From Escherichia coli (GTDB lineage Bacteria; Pseudomonadota; Gammaproteobacteria; Enterobacterales; Enterobacteriaceae), in assembly GCF_041886205.1 (NCBI RefSeq), contig NZ_CP169029.1: DNA of 64,000 nt. One strand, 5' to 3'. Below the pieces are notes generated by a model, which was not told where the DNA came from, made no database searches, and was given only the letters and a program-made list of their open reading frames with translations. Shown piece by piece: positions 1 through 9,894 of this stretch (position 1 is its first letter; the number at the start of each line of letters is the position of its first letter). The position numbers and the translations under genes are program-made.

Positions 1-3000
1 CTCTTCAGCCAGCATACCCTTCACCGAACAGACGACCGTACCCAGATCAACACCGGTTTGGGCTGGCGTCATTTCACCCCCAGCTGGATGTCAGGCATCA
101 ACCTGTTTTTTGACCACGACCTGAGCCGCTATCACTCCCGCGCGGGGCTTGGCGCAGAATACTGGCGTGATTATCTCAAGTTAAGCAGCAACGCTTATAT
201 CGGCCTGACCGGCTGGCGTAGCGCACCAGAATTGGATAATGACTTCGAAGCCCGCCCGGCCAACGGTTGGGATTTACGCGCGGAAGGCTGGTTACCTGCC
301 TGGCCACAACTGGGTGGAAAACTGGTCTATGAACAATACTACGGCGATGAAGTGGCGCTGTTTGACAAGAATGATCGCCAAAGTAATCCCCATGCTATTA
401 CCGCGGGCCTCAACTATACCCCCTTCCCGCTTCTGACTCTCAGTGCGGAACAGCGTCAGGGGAAACAAGGTGAAAATGACACACGTTTTGCCGTTGATCT
501 GACCTGGCAACCCAGCAGTTCAATGCAGAAACAGCTTAACCCGGACGAAGTGGCCGGACGGCGCAGTCTGGTCGGTAGTCGTTATGACCTGATTGATCGC
601 AACAACAACATCGTTCTGGAATACCGCAAGAAAGAGCTGATTCGCCTGAGTCTGCTGGATCCGGTGAAAGGGAAGTCTGGAGAAATAAAACCGCTGGTTT
701 CCTCGCTACAGACCAAATATGCCCTGAAAGGCTATAACATCGAAGCCGCTGCGCTGGAAGCTGCCGGAGGTAAAGTCAGCACTTCTGGAAAAGATATCAC
801 GGTCACGCTGCCAGGTTACCGCTTCACTAACACCCCAGAAACCGATAATACATGGTCGATAGACGTTACCGCCGAGGATGTAAAAGGTAACCTGTCACAT
901 CATGAACAAAGCATGGTAGTCATTCAGGCTCCGACATTAAGCCAGAAAGATTCTCTGTTATCCGTTAATCCGCTAACCGTGGCTGCAGATAAAAAATCGA
1001 CGACCACATTGACCGTTACTGCACACGATTCCGACGGAACCCCGGTGCCGGGGCTTGCGCTGCAAACCCGCAGTGAAGGCGTTCAGGACATCACCCTGTC
1101 TGACTGGACAGATAACGGTGATGGTAGTTACACACAGATGCTGACCGCCGGAACGACATCAGGTTCAGTAACACTGACGCCGCAAATTAACGGTGAGAGT
1201 GCGGTAAAAGAATCTATCGTCGTTAATATCGTCCCTGTTGTCTCATCCCGCGACCATTCATCAATAACAATTGATAACGTATCGTATTATGCCGGAGACG
1301 ACATCAAGGTTAGGGTGGAGCTGAAAGACGATAGCAATCAACCGGTTGCATATCAAAAAGAGGAATTGGTAAAAGCCGTTACTGTCGAAAACAGCAAACC
1401 TGGAGCCACGATTGTCTGGCACGAAGAGCTGCCGGGGGTTTATACCGCGAATTATCCGGCCCATAAGCAAGGGACAGCACTAAGGGCACAACTTAGCCTT
1501 CACAACTGGAATGCTCCACTGCAATCGCATATTTATAACATTGAGGCAAACCAGAATAAGGCTCGCGTCGCCACATTATCAGCGACGAATAATGACGTTT
1601 ACGCTGATAAAAAGACATTTAATACCCTCACTATCAACGTCACTGATGAGAGTGATAATCCCCTGACAAATCATCAGGTCACCTTTAAGAATGAAAAAGG
1701 AAGCGCGGAATTTGTCGAACCGCCGCAGCAAAATACGGATGCATATGGTGTTGCCACAATCAACATGGTAAGTCAGGTTGCGGAAGAAAATACGATTAGC
1801 GCCACGCTGCCAAATGGTTTCTCACAACGGATAATTGCGAAATTTGTTAGCGATTCGAGTACGCCAAAATTCAAACAACTGGTTGCCGATCCAGATACCA
1901 TTATTGCTGGCAACAGCCAGGGCAGCACTCTGACCGCCACCGTCACAGACTTTCATAACAACCCATTAAAAGATATGAAAGTGAATTTTGTGGCACCTGG
2001 TGGCTCGCAACTGGACAACACGACCGCCACAACAGACCAGTACGGTATTGTGCGGGTGCATCTGACCAGTTCAAAAGCTGGTAGCTATTCCGTAGATGCC
2101 TCGCTTGAGGCGGATAAAAATATTCACCAGTCGGTCACGATCACCGTGGTCCCAAACAGGGAACAATCGGTAATGACCTTGAATGCCGGGTCGGGCAGTG
2201 CGGTCGCTAACAATACAAATACCGTTACCCTGACTGCCAGTGTGAAAGATGTTTATGGACACCCATTGCCGGATGAGGATGTGAAATTTACCTTGCCAGC
2301 CTCCATGACCGGGAACTTCACGCTAAGTAGTGAAACCGCCCGCACCGATGCAAACGGCGATGCCATGGTCACATTGCGAGGCACAAAAGCGGGTGAGTTT
2401 ACAGTTACGGCGACGCTGACAAGAAATAATACCATTGCTCATCAGCAAGTTTCTTTTATTGGGGATACAAACAGTGCGCAGCTCCAGCCGCTGACTGCCT
2501 CATTAAATACCATTGTTGCGGGTAACAGTACGGGGAGTACCCTGACGGCAACGATCCTGGACGCTTACCAAAATCCGCTTAAAGACCAGCTGGTCACTTT
2601 CCAGAGTAACGATGTCACTCTAAGCGGAACAGAAGTCACCACCAATACGCTGGGTCAGGCGACGGTAACAATGACCAGCAATATTGCCGGACAACATAAC
2701 GTCGTGGTGAGCCGGAAAGCACAAGCCTCCGATAATAAAACGTTTAGTTTATCAGTGCTCCCGGATGAAAGTTCGGCGAAGGTAATAAGTATAACCGGAG
2801 CCGAAAAAACGATAACGGTTGGCGAAAACATCACGCTACGGATACTCGTCCAGGACGCGTTTAACAATGTAATAGCGGGTCAACGTGTCAGATTAAGTGC
2901 GCAGCCAACAGCTCACATTACGATAGGCGATACGGCTTACACCGATAATAACGGTTATGCGTACGTTCACCTTATTAGCACCCAGTCTGGGGTTTATCAG

Positions 3001-4578
3001 GTGACGGCAACGCTGGACAATAACAGTAGTAGTAAGGTTGACGTGAATGTGGCAAATGGCAAACTCGAGTTAACATCATCGAAGCCAGAAACCACGGTCC
3101 ATAACAGTGAGGGTATTACGCTTACCGCAACGGCGAGAAATGCGCGGGATGAATTGATGCCTGGGCAAATTATCACCTTTAGCGTAACGCCTGAAGGTGC
3201 AACGCTAAGCAATACAGGGGAAGTCCTTACTGACCAGTCTGGTCAGGCCAAAGTGACGCTGACCAGTGACAAAGTGAATGTCTATACCGTTACGGCCACA
3301 ATGGGCAAAGATGTTCCCGTTCAGAGCCAGGTAACGGTTGCGGTTAAGGCAGATGCTAAAACGGCACATGTTGTAAGCGTCGTGGCCTCTCCTGACACCA
3401 TAACCGCCGACGGCGTTGATAGCAGCACCGTCACGTCACGAGTAGAAGATGATTACGGATTCCCGGTTGAAGGTGTCGATGTTAGTTATGCCTTAGACAC
3501 CAAAGGTCGCCCGGTTGTTAATATTCCAACTACGCGTACCGATCAATCCGGGCAAGTCACGGCGACAATAACCAGTACATTGGCAGAAACCTTAACAGTC
3601 AATGTGCAAGTTCCTGGTACAGCCAACCAATCCGCAGCTATTACCTTGATTGCCGGCACGGCGGATGAAAGTAAGTCAATTTTGAAATCCGACGTTGGCA
3701 CTCTGATGGCTGACTACCAGCATAGCGCGAAACTTACGCTAACATTGCAAGACAAGTACGGTAACCCGATAGTGACGTCTGATCATCTGGAATTTGTCCA
3801 GTCAGGTCCCTTCGTGAACTTTCTCAAGTTGAGCGATATTGATTACAGCCAAAGAAATTATGGCGAGTACACCGTGACTGTCACTGGCGGAAAAGAGGGA
3901 ACAGCGACTCTCATTCCCATGCTGAACGGGGTTCATCAGGCAAACTTAAGCGTATCGCTGAATCTCATCCGCTCGATAAAAGAAATGTCCGGTCATGTCA
4001 CTGCAAACAACCATACCTTCTCCACGGCTAAATTCCCGAGCGAAGGTTTTGCAGGAGCGTATTACACACTCAACAATGATAACTTTGAAGCGGGTAAAAC
4101 CGTTGATGATTATATGTTTTCAAGTTCACAGAGTTGGGTGTCTGTCGATGCGTCAGGTAAGGTTTCTTTCACAAATATCGGCGATCAAACGTCAGTCACA
4201 ATAAGCGCTGTTCCCCGACAAGGAGGTACAACCTACCAGACCTTAATTAAGCTGAAAGGCTGGTGGGTGAATAATGGAAATCAAACCAATATCTGGCTAA
4301 CTGCCAATGCGCTCTGTCATGCGAAAAATGATGGATATACTCTTCCTGGCATCACACATTTGACGTCTGGCGAAAACAAACGCACGCAGGGATCGCTATA
4401 TGGTGAATGGGGGAACGTTGCAGCGTTTTCCAGTAATTCGCCATTTACACCAGGTGCTTACTGGACAAATGAATCTGATGATTACAATAGGCACTACTAT
4501 GTGCAGATGCTAACGGGTATGACCGGAAGCGACGCTGATTCCAGCCCCCAACTGACCGCCTGCCGTAAATCACTTTAA
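1..4578 (+). CDS. Inverse autotransporter adhesin (intimin/invasin family), 5-prime partial: end of beta-barrel, about 9-10 Big_1 Ig-like repeats, Cys-containing C-terminal domain
   Basis: Frame is open from base 1 (no stop before the listed TTG at 58). N-terminal stretch AEYWRDYLK...ERPANGWDLR...KLVYEQYYGDEVALF resembles the intimin/invasin barrel end; recurring about 100-aa units with motifs such as STLTATVTD..NPL..V.F; stop at 4576-4578. Confidence 0.8.
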   Translation, partial: LFSQHTLHRTDDRTQINTGLGWRHFTPSWMSGINLFFDHDLSRYHSRAGLGAEYWRDYLKLSSNAYIGLTGWRSAPELDNDFEARPANGWDLRAEGWLPAWPQLGGKLVYEQYYGDEVALFDKNDRQSNPHAITAGLNYTPFPLLTLSAEQRQGKQGENDTRFAVDLTWQPSSSMQKQLNPDEVAGRRSLVGSRYDLIDRNNNIVLEYRKKELIRLSLLDPVKGKSGEIKPLVSSLQTKYALKGYNIEAAALEAAGGKVSTSGKDITVTLPGYRFTNTPETDNTWSIDVTAEDVKGNLSHHEQSMVVIQAPTLSQKDSLLSVNPLTVAADKKSTTTLTVTAHDSDGTPVPGLALQTRSEGVQDITLSDWTDNGDGSYTQMLTAGTTSGSVTLTPQINGESAVKESIVVNIVPVVSSRDHSSITIDNVSYYAGDDIKVRVELKDDSNQPVAYQKEELVKAVTVENSKPGATIVWHEELPGVYTANYPAHKQGTALRAQLSLHNWNAPLQSHIYNIEANQNKARVATLSATNNDVYADKKTFNTLTINVTDESDNPLTNHQVTFKNEKGSAEFVEPPQQNTDAYGVATINMVSQVAEENTISATLPNGFSQRIIAKFVSDSSTPKFKQLVADPDTIIAGNSQGSTLTATVTDFHNNPLKDMKVNFVAPGGSQLDNTTATTDQYGIVRVHLTSSKAGSYSVDASLEADKNIHQSVTITVVPNREQSVMTLNAGSGSAVANNTNTVTLTASVKDVYGHPLPDEDVKFTLPASMTGNFTLSSETARTDANGDAMVTLRGTKAGEFTVTATLTRNNTIAHQQVSFIGDTNSAQLQPLTASLNTIVAGNSTGSTLTATILDAYQNPLKDQLVTFQSNDVTLSGTEVTTNTLGQATVTMTSNIAGQHNVVVSRKAQASDNKTFSLSVLPDESSAKVISITGAEKTITVGENITLRILVQDAFNNVIAGQRVRLSAQPTAHITIGDTAYTDNNGYAYVHLISTQSGVYQVTATLDNNSSSKVDVNVANGKLELTSSKPETTVHNSEGITLTATARNARDELMPGQIITFSVTPEGATLSNTGEVLTDQSGQAKVTLTSDKVNVYTVTATMGKDVPVQSQVTVAVKADAKTAHVVSVVASPDTITADGVDSSTVTSRVEDDYGFPVEGVDVSYALDTKGRPVVNIPTTRTDQSGQVTATITSTLAETLTVNVQVPGTANQSAAITLIAGTADESKSILKSDVGTLMADYQHSAKLTLTLQDKYGNPIVTSDHLEFVQSGPFVNFLKLSDIDYSQRNYGEYTVTVTGGKEGTATLIPMLNGVHQANLSVSLNLIRSIKEMSGHVTANNHTFSTAKFPSEGFAGAYYTLNNDNFEAGKTVDDYMFSSSQSWVSVDASGKVSFTNIGDQTSVTISAVPRQGGTTYQTLIKLKGWWVNNGNQTNIWLTANALCHAKNDGYTLPGITHLTSGENKRTQGSLYGEWGNVAAFSSNSPFTPGAYWTNESDDYNRHYYVQMLTGMTGSDADSSPQLTACRKSL

Positions 4579-4649
4579 TTTCTGCAGTTGTTATTAAAGG
4601 ATACCCTTGTGCGAGGGTATCCTTTCCGACTGATAACAAACGCTACATT

Positions 4650-4708
4650 GCCTAATGCGCTGCGCTTATCTGGCCTATATAATCCCTGCAATATATTGAA
4701 TTTATTGT
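4650..4708. repeat. REP-like palindromic element with conserved extension (second copy at about 40085-40142)
   Basis: gcgctgcgcttatctggcctat...cctgcaatatattgaatttattg closely matches gcgctacgcttatcaggcctac...cctgcaatttattgaatttgttg downstream of ridA. Confidence 0.6.
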
Positions 4709-5286
4709 TTTTGTGGCCCAGCCGACATGAACGGCCACTCAAGAAACTCAACAGCAACCGTTGATGTCAGCCAGACCCCGTTTTCCGCTTGCCAGAAAGG
4801 GATGCCTCGTTTCGCCATTTCCTGTGCTTTGACGGTTAAGATAACCGGCGATCCGTGTCTTGCTCCCACTTTGCGTGCCGTTGCTTCATCAGCAGAGAGA
4901 TGTACGTAATGACGCTCCCCTGCAATCAGCCCCTGTTTTTTTATCTCGTCAAGGAAACGGCTTGCCGTACCGTGGTAGAGAAACTGTGGCGGTGTTTTTT
5001 CGGCAAAGGAAATGGCGACCTGCGAAGTCGAATGCCCCTGAACCGCGCGGATGCACCTACCATCACTGGAATAACTAAAACGCTTTTTATCGCTGGTGGC
5101 AACCACAGTATCCAGCAATGCACGGGTTAACCGCTTGCCCGCTTTTTGGGCACAGAGTATAAGCTTATCGATATCCGCCCATCCTTCACGGTCAAGTACG
5201 ATACCAATCGCCTCCGGTTTGTGTCGGAGGACAAAACTTAAAAACTTGCTCGTATCCGCCAGCTCTTTTTCGTTGTACTTTGCCAT
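4702..5286 (-). CDS. kptA: RNA 2'-phosphotransferase KptA (Tpt1 family)
   Basis: Translation [28 protein letters not shown]...[16 protein letters not shown] matches the KptA/Tpt1 family; start chosen at internal Met of the 228-aa ORF. Confidence 0.85.
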   Translation of the reverse strand: MAKYNEKELADTSKFLSFVLRHKPEAIGIVLDREGWADIDKLILCAQKAGKRLTRALLDTVVATSDKKRFSYSSDGRCIRAVQGHSTSQVAISFAEKTPPQFLYHGTASRFLDEIKKQGLIAGERHYVHLSADEATARKVGARHGSPVILTVKAQEMAKRGIPFWQAENGVWLTSTVAVEFLEWPFMSAGPQKQ

Positions 5287-5523
5287 CTCGTTTTCGTCCC
5301 TGGATTTTCTGTTTTTATTTACTGATGTCATTGTCACTTGGTTTATGAATTTTCTGCAACTCAATCCTGCGCAGAGCCTTTTCCACACAGCGTAATTTTT
5401 CCGCTATGCAAAAAACGCATAGCCAGAAACATACTTGCATTTTCCCCATACCCACATGGCTGATAAGGTTTTTCCGCTCCAGGAATTTTCCTGGCTCAAG
5501 CAACACACAAACACAAAAAAACA

Positions 5524-6219
5524 ATGGGGATTGTTATGACACAACAAGGGGATGCTGTAGCCGGGGAGCTGGCGACAGAAAAAGTGGGCATTAAAGGGTA
5601 TCTGGCTTTTTTTCTCACCATAATCTTTTTTTCCGGTGTTTTTTCCGGGACAGACAGTTGGTGGCGCGTTTTTGATTTTTCCGTTCTGAACGGATCGTTT
5701 GGGCAACTGCCTGGTGCGAATGGAGCCACCACCTCATTTCGCGGGGCGGGTGGCGCGGGGGCTAAAGATGGCTTTCTCTTTGCGCTGGAGCTGGCACCGT
5801 CAGTCATTCTCTCTCTGGGGATTATTTCAATTACCGATGGTCTTGGTGGATTACGCGCCGCGCAGCAGTTAATGACACCTGTGCTAAAACCGTTGTTGGG
5901 CATTCCAGGGATCTGCTCGCTGGCGCTGATCGCTAACCTGCAAAACACGGATGCCGCCGCCGGTATGACCAAAGAGCTGGCGCAGGAAGGTGAAATTACC
6001 GAACGCGATAAAGTGATTTTCGCCGCATATCAAACCAGCGGTAGCGCCATCATCACCAACTACTTCTCTTCCGGCGTCGCGGTGTTTGCCTTTCTGGGCA
6101 CGTCCGTAATCGTACCTTTAGCCGTCATCCTGGTGTTTAAATTTGTCGGAGCCAACATTTTGCGCGTCTGGCTTAACTTCGAAGAACGTCGCAACCCAAC
6201 GCAAGGAGCGCAAGCATGA
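5524..6219 (+). CDS. yjiH: Inner membrane protein YjiH (SpmA-like nucleoside-recognition-domain protein)
   Basis: Hydrophobic 231-aa ORF; position and order yjiH-yjiG-iadA as I recall for K-12; 4-bp overlap with the next gene. Confidence 0.75.
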   Translation: MGIVMTQQGDAVAGELATEKVGIKGYLAFFLTIIFFSGVFSGTDSWWRVFDFSVLNGSFGQLPGANGATTSFRGAGGAGAKDGFLFALELAPSVILSLGIISITDGLGGLRAAQQLMTPVLKPLLGIPGICSLALIANLQNTDAAAGMTKELAQEGEITERDKVIFAAYQTSGSAIITNYFSSGVAVFAFLGTSVIVPLAVILVFKFVGANILRVWLNFEERRNPTQGAQA

Positions 6220-6677
6220 CAACTCAGGTCCGCAAAAATGTCATGGATATGTTTATCGATGGTGCGCGCCGTGGCTTTACTATCGCCACGACCAACCTGC
6301 TGCCAAACGTGGTGATGGCGTTTGTCATCATTCAGGCGCTGAAAATTACCGGCCTGCTCGACTGGGTGGGGCATATCTGTGAACCCGTAATGGCGCTGTG
6401 GGGATTACCCGGTGAAGCGGCAACCGTCCTTTTAGCCGCATTAATGAGTATGGGCGGCGCAGTCGGTGTTGCCGCCAGTCTGGCGACCGCCGGCGCATTA
6501 ACCGGTCACGATGTCACCGTTTTACTGCCCGCGATGTATTTAATGGGCAACCCGGTGCAAAATGTCGGTCGCTGCCTGGGGACAGCCGAAGTGAATGCCA
6601 AATATTACCCGCATATCATTACGGTCTGCGTGATTAACGCATTGCTGTCGATCTGGGTTATGCAGCTTATTGTTTAA
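6216..6677 (+). CDS. yjiG: Inner membrane protein YjiG (SpmB-like)
   Basis: 153-aa membrane ORF translationally coupled to yjiH and followed by iadA. Confidence 0.75.
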   Translation: MTTQVRKNVMDMFIDGARRGFTIATTNLLPNVVMAFVIIQALKITGLLDWVGHICEPVMALWGLPGEAATVLLAALMSMGGAVGVAASLATAGALTGHDVTVLLPAMYLMGNPVQNVGRCLGTAEVNAKYYPHIITVCVINALLSIWVMQLIV

Positions 6678-6689
6678 CAAGGAGTTACC

Positions 6690-7862
6690 ATGATTGATTA
6701 TACCGCAGCCGGTTTTACCCTGCTGCAGGGAGCGCATTTGTATGCGCCGGAAGATCGGGGAATTTGCGATGTCCTCGTCGCTAACGGCAAAATTATCGCC
6801 GTTGCCAGCAATATCCCTTCTGACATTGTACCGGACTGCACGGTTGTCGATCTCAGCGGGCAGATCCTCTGTCCTGGTTTTATTGATCAACACGTCCATT
6901 TGATTGGTGGTGGCGGTGAAGCAGGTCCCACGACGCGCACGCCAGAAGTGGCGCTAAGTCGCCTGACGGAAGCGGGCGTCACGTCAGTGGTTGGTCTGCT
7001 GGGCACCGACTCTATCTCTCGCCACCCGGAATCCCTGCTCGCCAAGACCCGTGCGCTCAATGAAGAAGGCATCAGCGCCTGGATGCTGACCGGCGCTTAT
7101 CATGTCCCTTCCCGCACCATTACAGGTTCCGTGGAAAAAGACGTGGCGATTATCGATCGTGTGATTGGCGTGAAATGCGCCATCTCTGATCACCGTTCTG
7201 CCGCACCGGACGTTTATCACCTGGCTAATATGGCGGCGGAATCCCGCGTTGGCGGTTTGCTCGGCGGTAAACCTGGCGTCACCGTGTTCCACATGGGCGA
7301 CAGCAAAAAGGCGTTACAGCCTGTCTATGACCTGCTGGAAAACTGCGATGTGCCGATCAGCAAGTTGCTGCCGACCCACGTTAACCGCAACGTTCCGTTG
7401 TTTGAGCAGGCGCTGGAGTTCGCGCGCAAAGGCGGCACTATCGATATCACCAGCAGCATTGACGAACCGGTCGCCCCTGCCGAAGGTATTGCGCGCGCCG
7501 TTCAGGCGGGTATTCCGCTGGCACGCGTCACCCTCAGCTCCGACGGCAACGGTAGCCAGCCGTTCTTCGATGACGAAGGGAATTTAACCCATATCGGTGT
7601 TGCCGGTTTTGAAACGTTGCTGGAAACCGTGCAGGTGCTGGTCAAAGACTATGATTTCAGTATCAGCGATGCCCTGCGCCCGCTCACCAGTAGCGTAGCC
7701 GGTTTCCTTAACCTGACCGGGAAAGGCGAAATTCTGCCAGGCAATGATGCTGACTTGCTGGTCATGACGCCAGAACTGCGCATTGAGCAGGTATACGCTC
7801 GCGGCAAACTGATGGTCAAAGACGGCAAAGCCTGCGTGAAAGGAACGTTTGAAACGGCTTAA
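6690..7862 (+). CDS. iadA: Isoaspartyl dipeptidase (amidohydrolase superfamily)
   Basis: 390 aa; metal-binding HxH motif near N-terminus (FIDQHVHLIGGGGE); RBS aggag upstream; K-12 synteny. Confidence 0.85.
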   Translation: MIDYTAAGFTLLQGAHLYAPEDRGICDVLVANGKIIAVASNIPSDIVPDCTVVDLSGQILCPGFIDQHVHLIGGGGEAGPTTRTPEVALSRLTEAGVTSVVGLLGTDSISRHPESLLAKTRALNEEGISAWMLTGAYHVPSRTITGSVEKDVAIIDRVIGVKCAISDHRSAAPDVYHLANMAAESRVGGLLGGKPGVTVFHMGDSKKALQPVYDLLENCDVPISKLLPTHVNRNVPLFEQALEFARKGGTIDITSSIDEPVAPAEGIARAVQAGIPLARVTLSSDGNGSQPFFDDEGNLTHIGVAGFETLLETVQVLVKDYDFSISDALRPLTSSVAGFLNLTGKGEILPGNDADLLVMTPELRIEQVYARGKLMVKDGKACVKGTFETA

Positions 7863-7926
7863 ACGGTTGTCAGCCGCCCGAATGGACGTAGAATGCCCGC
7901 AAGGGCGGCTGACAGAGTAAAACGTA

Positions 7927-8763
7927 ATGGATGACTGTGGTGCGATTTTGCATAATATTGAAACCAAATGGCTTTATGATTTTCTGACCCTGGAAAAATG
8001 CCGCAATTTTTCCCAGGCGGCAGTCAGTCGCAACGTCTCGCAACCGGCATTCAGCCGCCGCATCCGTGCGCTGGAACAGGCGATTGGTGTTGAATTGTTT
8101 AACCGCCAGGTAACGCCGCTGCAACTCTCAGAACAAGGGAAAATCTTCCATTCGCAGATCCGCCATCTGTTGCAACAGTTAGAGAGCAATCTGGCAGAGC
8201 TGCGTGGCGGCAGCGATTACGCGCAACGAAAAATCAAGATAGCCGCTGCACACTCTCTTTCCCTCGGGCTGTTACCGTCCATTATCAGCCAGATGCCGCC
8301 GCTCTTTACCTGGGCAATTGAAGCTATTGATGTCGATGAAGCGGTCGATAAACTGCGTGAAGGGCAAAGTGACTGTATTTTTTCCTTTCACGACGAAGAT
8401 TTGCTGGAAGCGCCGTTTGACCACATTCGCTTATTTGAATCTCAATTGTTCCCTGTCTGCGCCAGTGACGAACACGGAGAAGCACTTTTTAACCTCGCGC
8501 AGCCACACTTTCCGTTACTGAATTACAGCCGCAACTCCTACATGGGGCGATTGATTAATCGCACCCTGACGCGCCACAGTGAGTTAAGTTTCAGCACCTT
8601 TTTTGTCTCTTCGATGAGCGAGCTTTTAAAGCAGGTTGCCCTCGACGGCTGTGGGATTGCCTGGCTGCCGGAGTACGCCATCCAACAAGAAATTCGCAGC
8701 GGGAAGCTCGTTGTACTGAATCGGGACGAACTGGTGATCCCGATTCTGGCCTATGCATACTGA
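7927..8763 (+). CDS. hypT: LysR-family regulator HypT (YjiE), apparently truncated by an in-frame TGA; 24 further sense codons continue to a second stop at 8836-8838
   Basis: N-terminal HTH typical of LysR regulators; ORF ends ...ILAYAY then TGA, followed in frame by [24 protein letters not shown] and a stop. Confidence 0.75.
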   Translation: MDDCGAILHNIETKWLYDFLTLEKCRNFSQAAVSRNVSQPAFSRRIRALEQAIGVELFNRQVTPLQLSEQGKIFHSQIRHLLQQLESNLAELRGGSDYAQRKIKIAAAHSLSLGLLPSIISQMPPLFTWAIEAIDVDEAVDKLREGQSDCIFSFHDEDLLEAPFDHIRLFESQLFPVCASDEHGEALFNLAQPHFPLLNYSRNSYMGRLINRTLTRHSELSFSTFFVSSMSELLKQVALDGCGIAWLPEYAIQQEIRSGKLVVLNRDELVIPILAYAY

Positions 8764-8830
8764 ATGAATACCCGCATGAATCCAGTTGCCGAACGCTTCT
8801 GGCGTGAACTGCGCGAGCTGGAGATTGTAC

Positions 8831-9223
8831 TTAGCTGACATTCTCCAGCGTCGCACTACGCCAACCGCCATTATCCCAGACCAGATCAAACGTTAGCGGT
8901 TCATCGTCGTGGTACAGCATTATCTCAAGGCTGATCGCCAGCGTGTGACTGTACGCTTCTTTCAGATTGACCTGCAACGCCGCAATCCGTGGCTCATGAA
9001 ATAACAGTGCAGAACGCAGCTGACGGCAATACCAGCTCTGGAGATGTTTGTCGCTCTGGTTATGCACTTGCCACTCGGGCATGCCTGAAACAAGTAATGA
9101 CGGTAATGCCGAAAGAGGAGAATTAAAAAGAGTGAGGAGATCGCTGCATACCGATTTACGCAGCAATGACGTTTTATTGCCTGAAATTTTAGGTAAAACA
9201 GCCTGAAGTGATTGGCGCATCAT
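8831..9223 (-). CDS. iraD: Anti-adapter protein IraD (YjiD)
   Basis: About 130-aa ORF convergent with hypT; sequence [11 protein letters not shown]... as recalled for IraD; K-12 synteny. Confidence 0.75.
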   Translation of the reverse strand: MMRQSLQAVLPKISGNKTSLLRKSVCSDLLTLFNSPLSALPSLLVSGMPEWQVHNQSDKHLQSWYCRQLRSALLFHEPRIAALQVNLKEAYSHTLAISLEIMLYHDDEPLTFDLVWDNGGWRSATLENVS

Positions 9224-9894
9224 TTTGCGCACTCCTGACGTTTAGCAACATATGCGGCTTGCCCTGAACACCGGGCACCACTGTATTGATGCTCATTTTC
9301 CATAGCCATTCCCTTTTGTTCATTACATCCATGTCAGTCTGAGACAGGCCTGAATCCTGTCAGCAAAGTATAAAACCTTACTTGCCTATGAATATCTACT
9401 GACTTTTCAGGAAAAAAGTCATGATTTGATAAAAATCATCAAACTCAAAAAAAAACCGCTAGTATATTCTGAATATTCCGAATAGTTACGTAGATGAAAA
9501 TACTTGTCACCGCCGCTACTTAATTCCGGTTGGAAATTATTTATTTCCGCATAATCATCTATGTATTATTTGAAACAATTAGTTTGTAAATAATATAAAT
9601 TGATAACATATCAAATACATCAAAAATACCATTCACAGGCATTATTAATATAGACCTCAATATAGCAACATCAAATTCCAATTAGTAATAAGATATGCTT
9701 TTAAATTGCATGCAAATAATTTTAAATGAGCGTTTTTTGATACTTTAGAGTGTTTCCTACCATTTAATATCACTGTGTAGAGTTGATATCACTACAACAG
9801 AAACATGCATGTCATTTGTTTACTTCTCTTTTACTACAGAAAAATTTATCTATTTTTCTAAACATCAGTGAAATACTCATAAAAGGTAACTATT

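Noticed and set aside
5404-5972. Overlapping small ORFs (100 and 158 aa) on the minus strand at the kptA-yjiH junction
   Set aside because: They overlap the yjiH start and the intergenic promoter region and show no coding features; yjiH on the plus strand accounts for the region.
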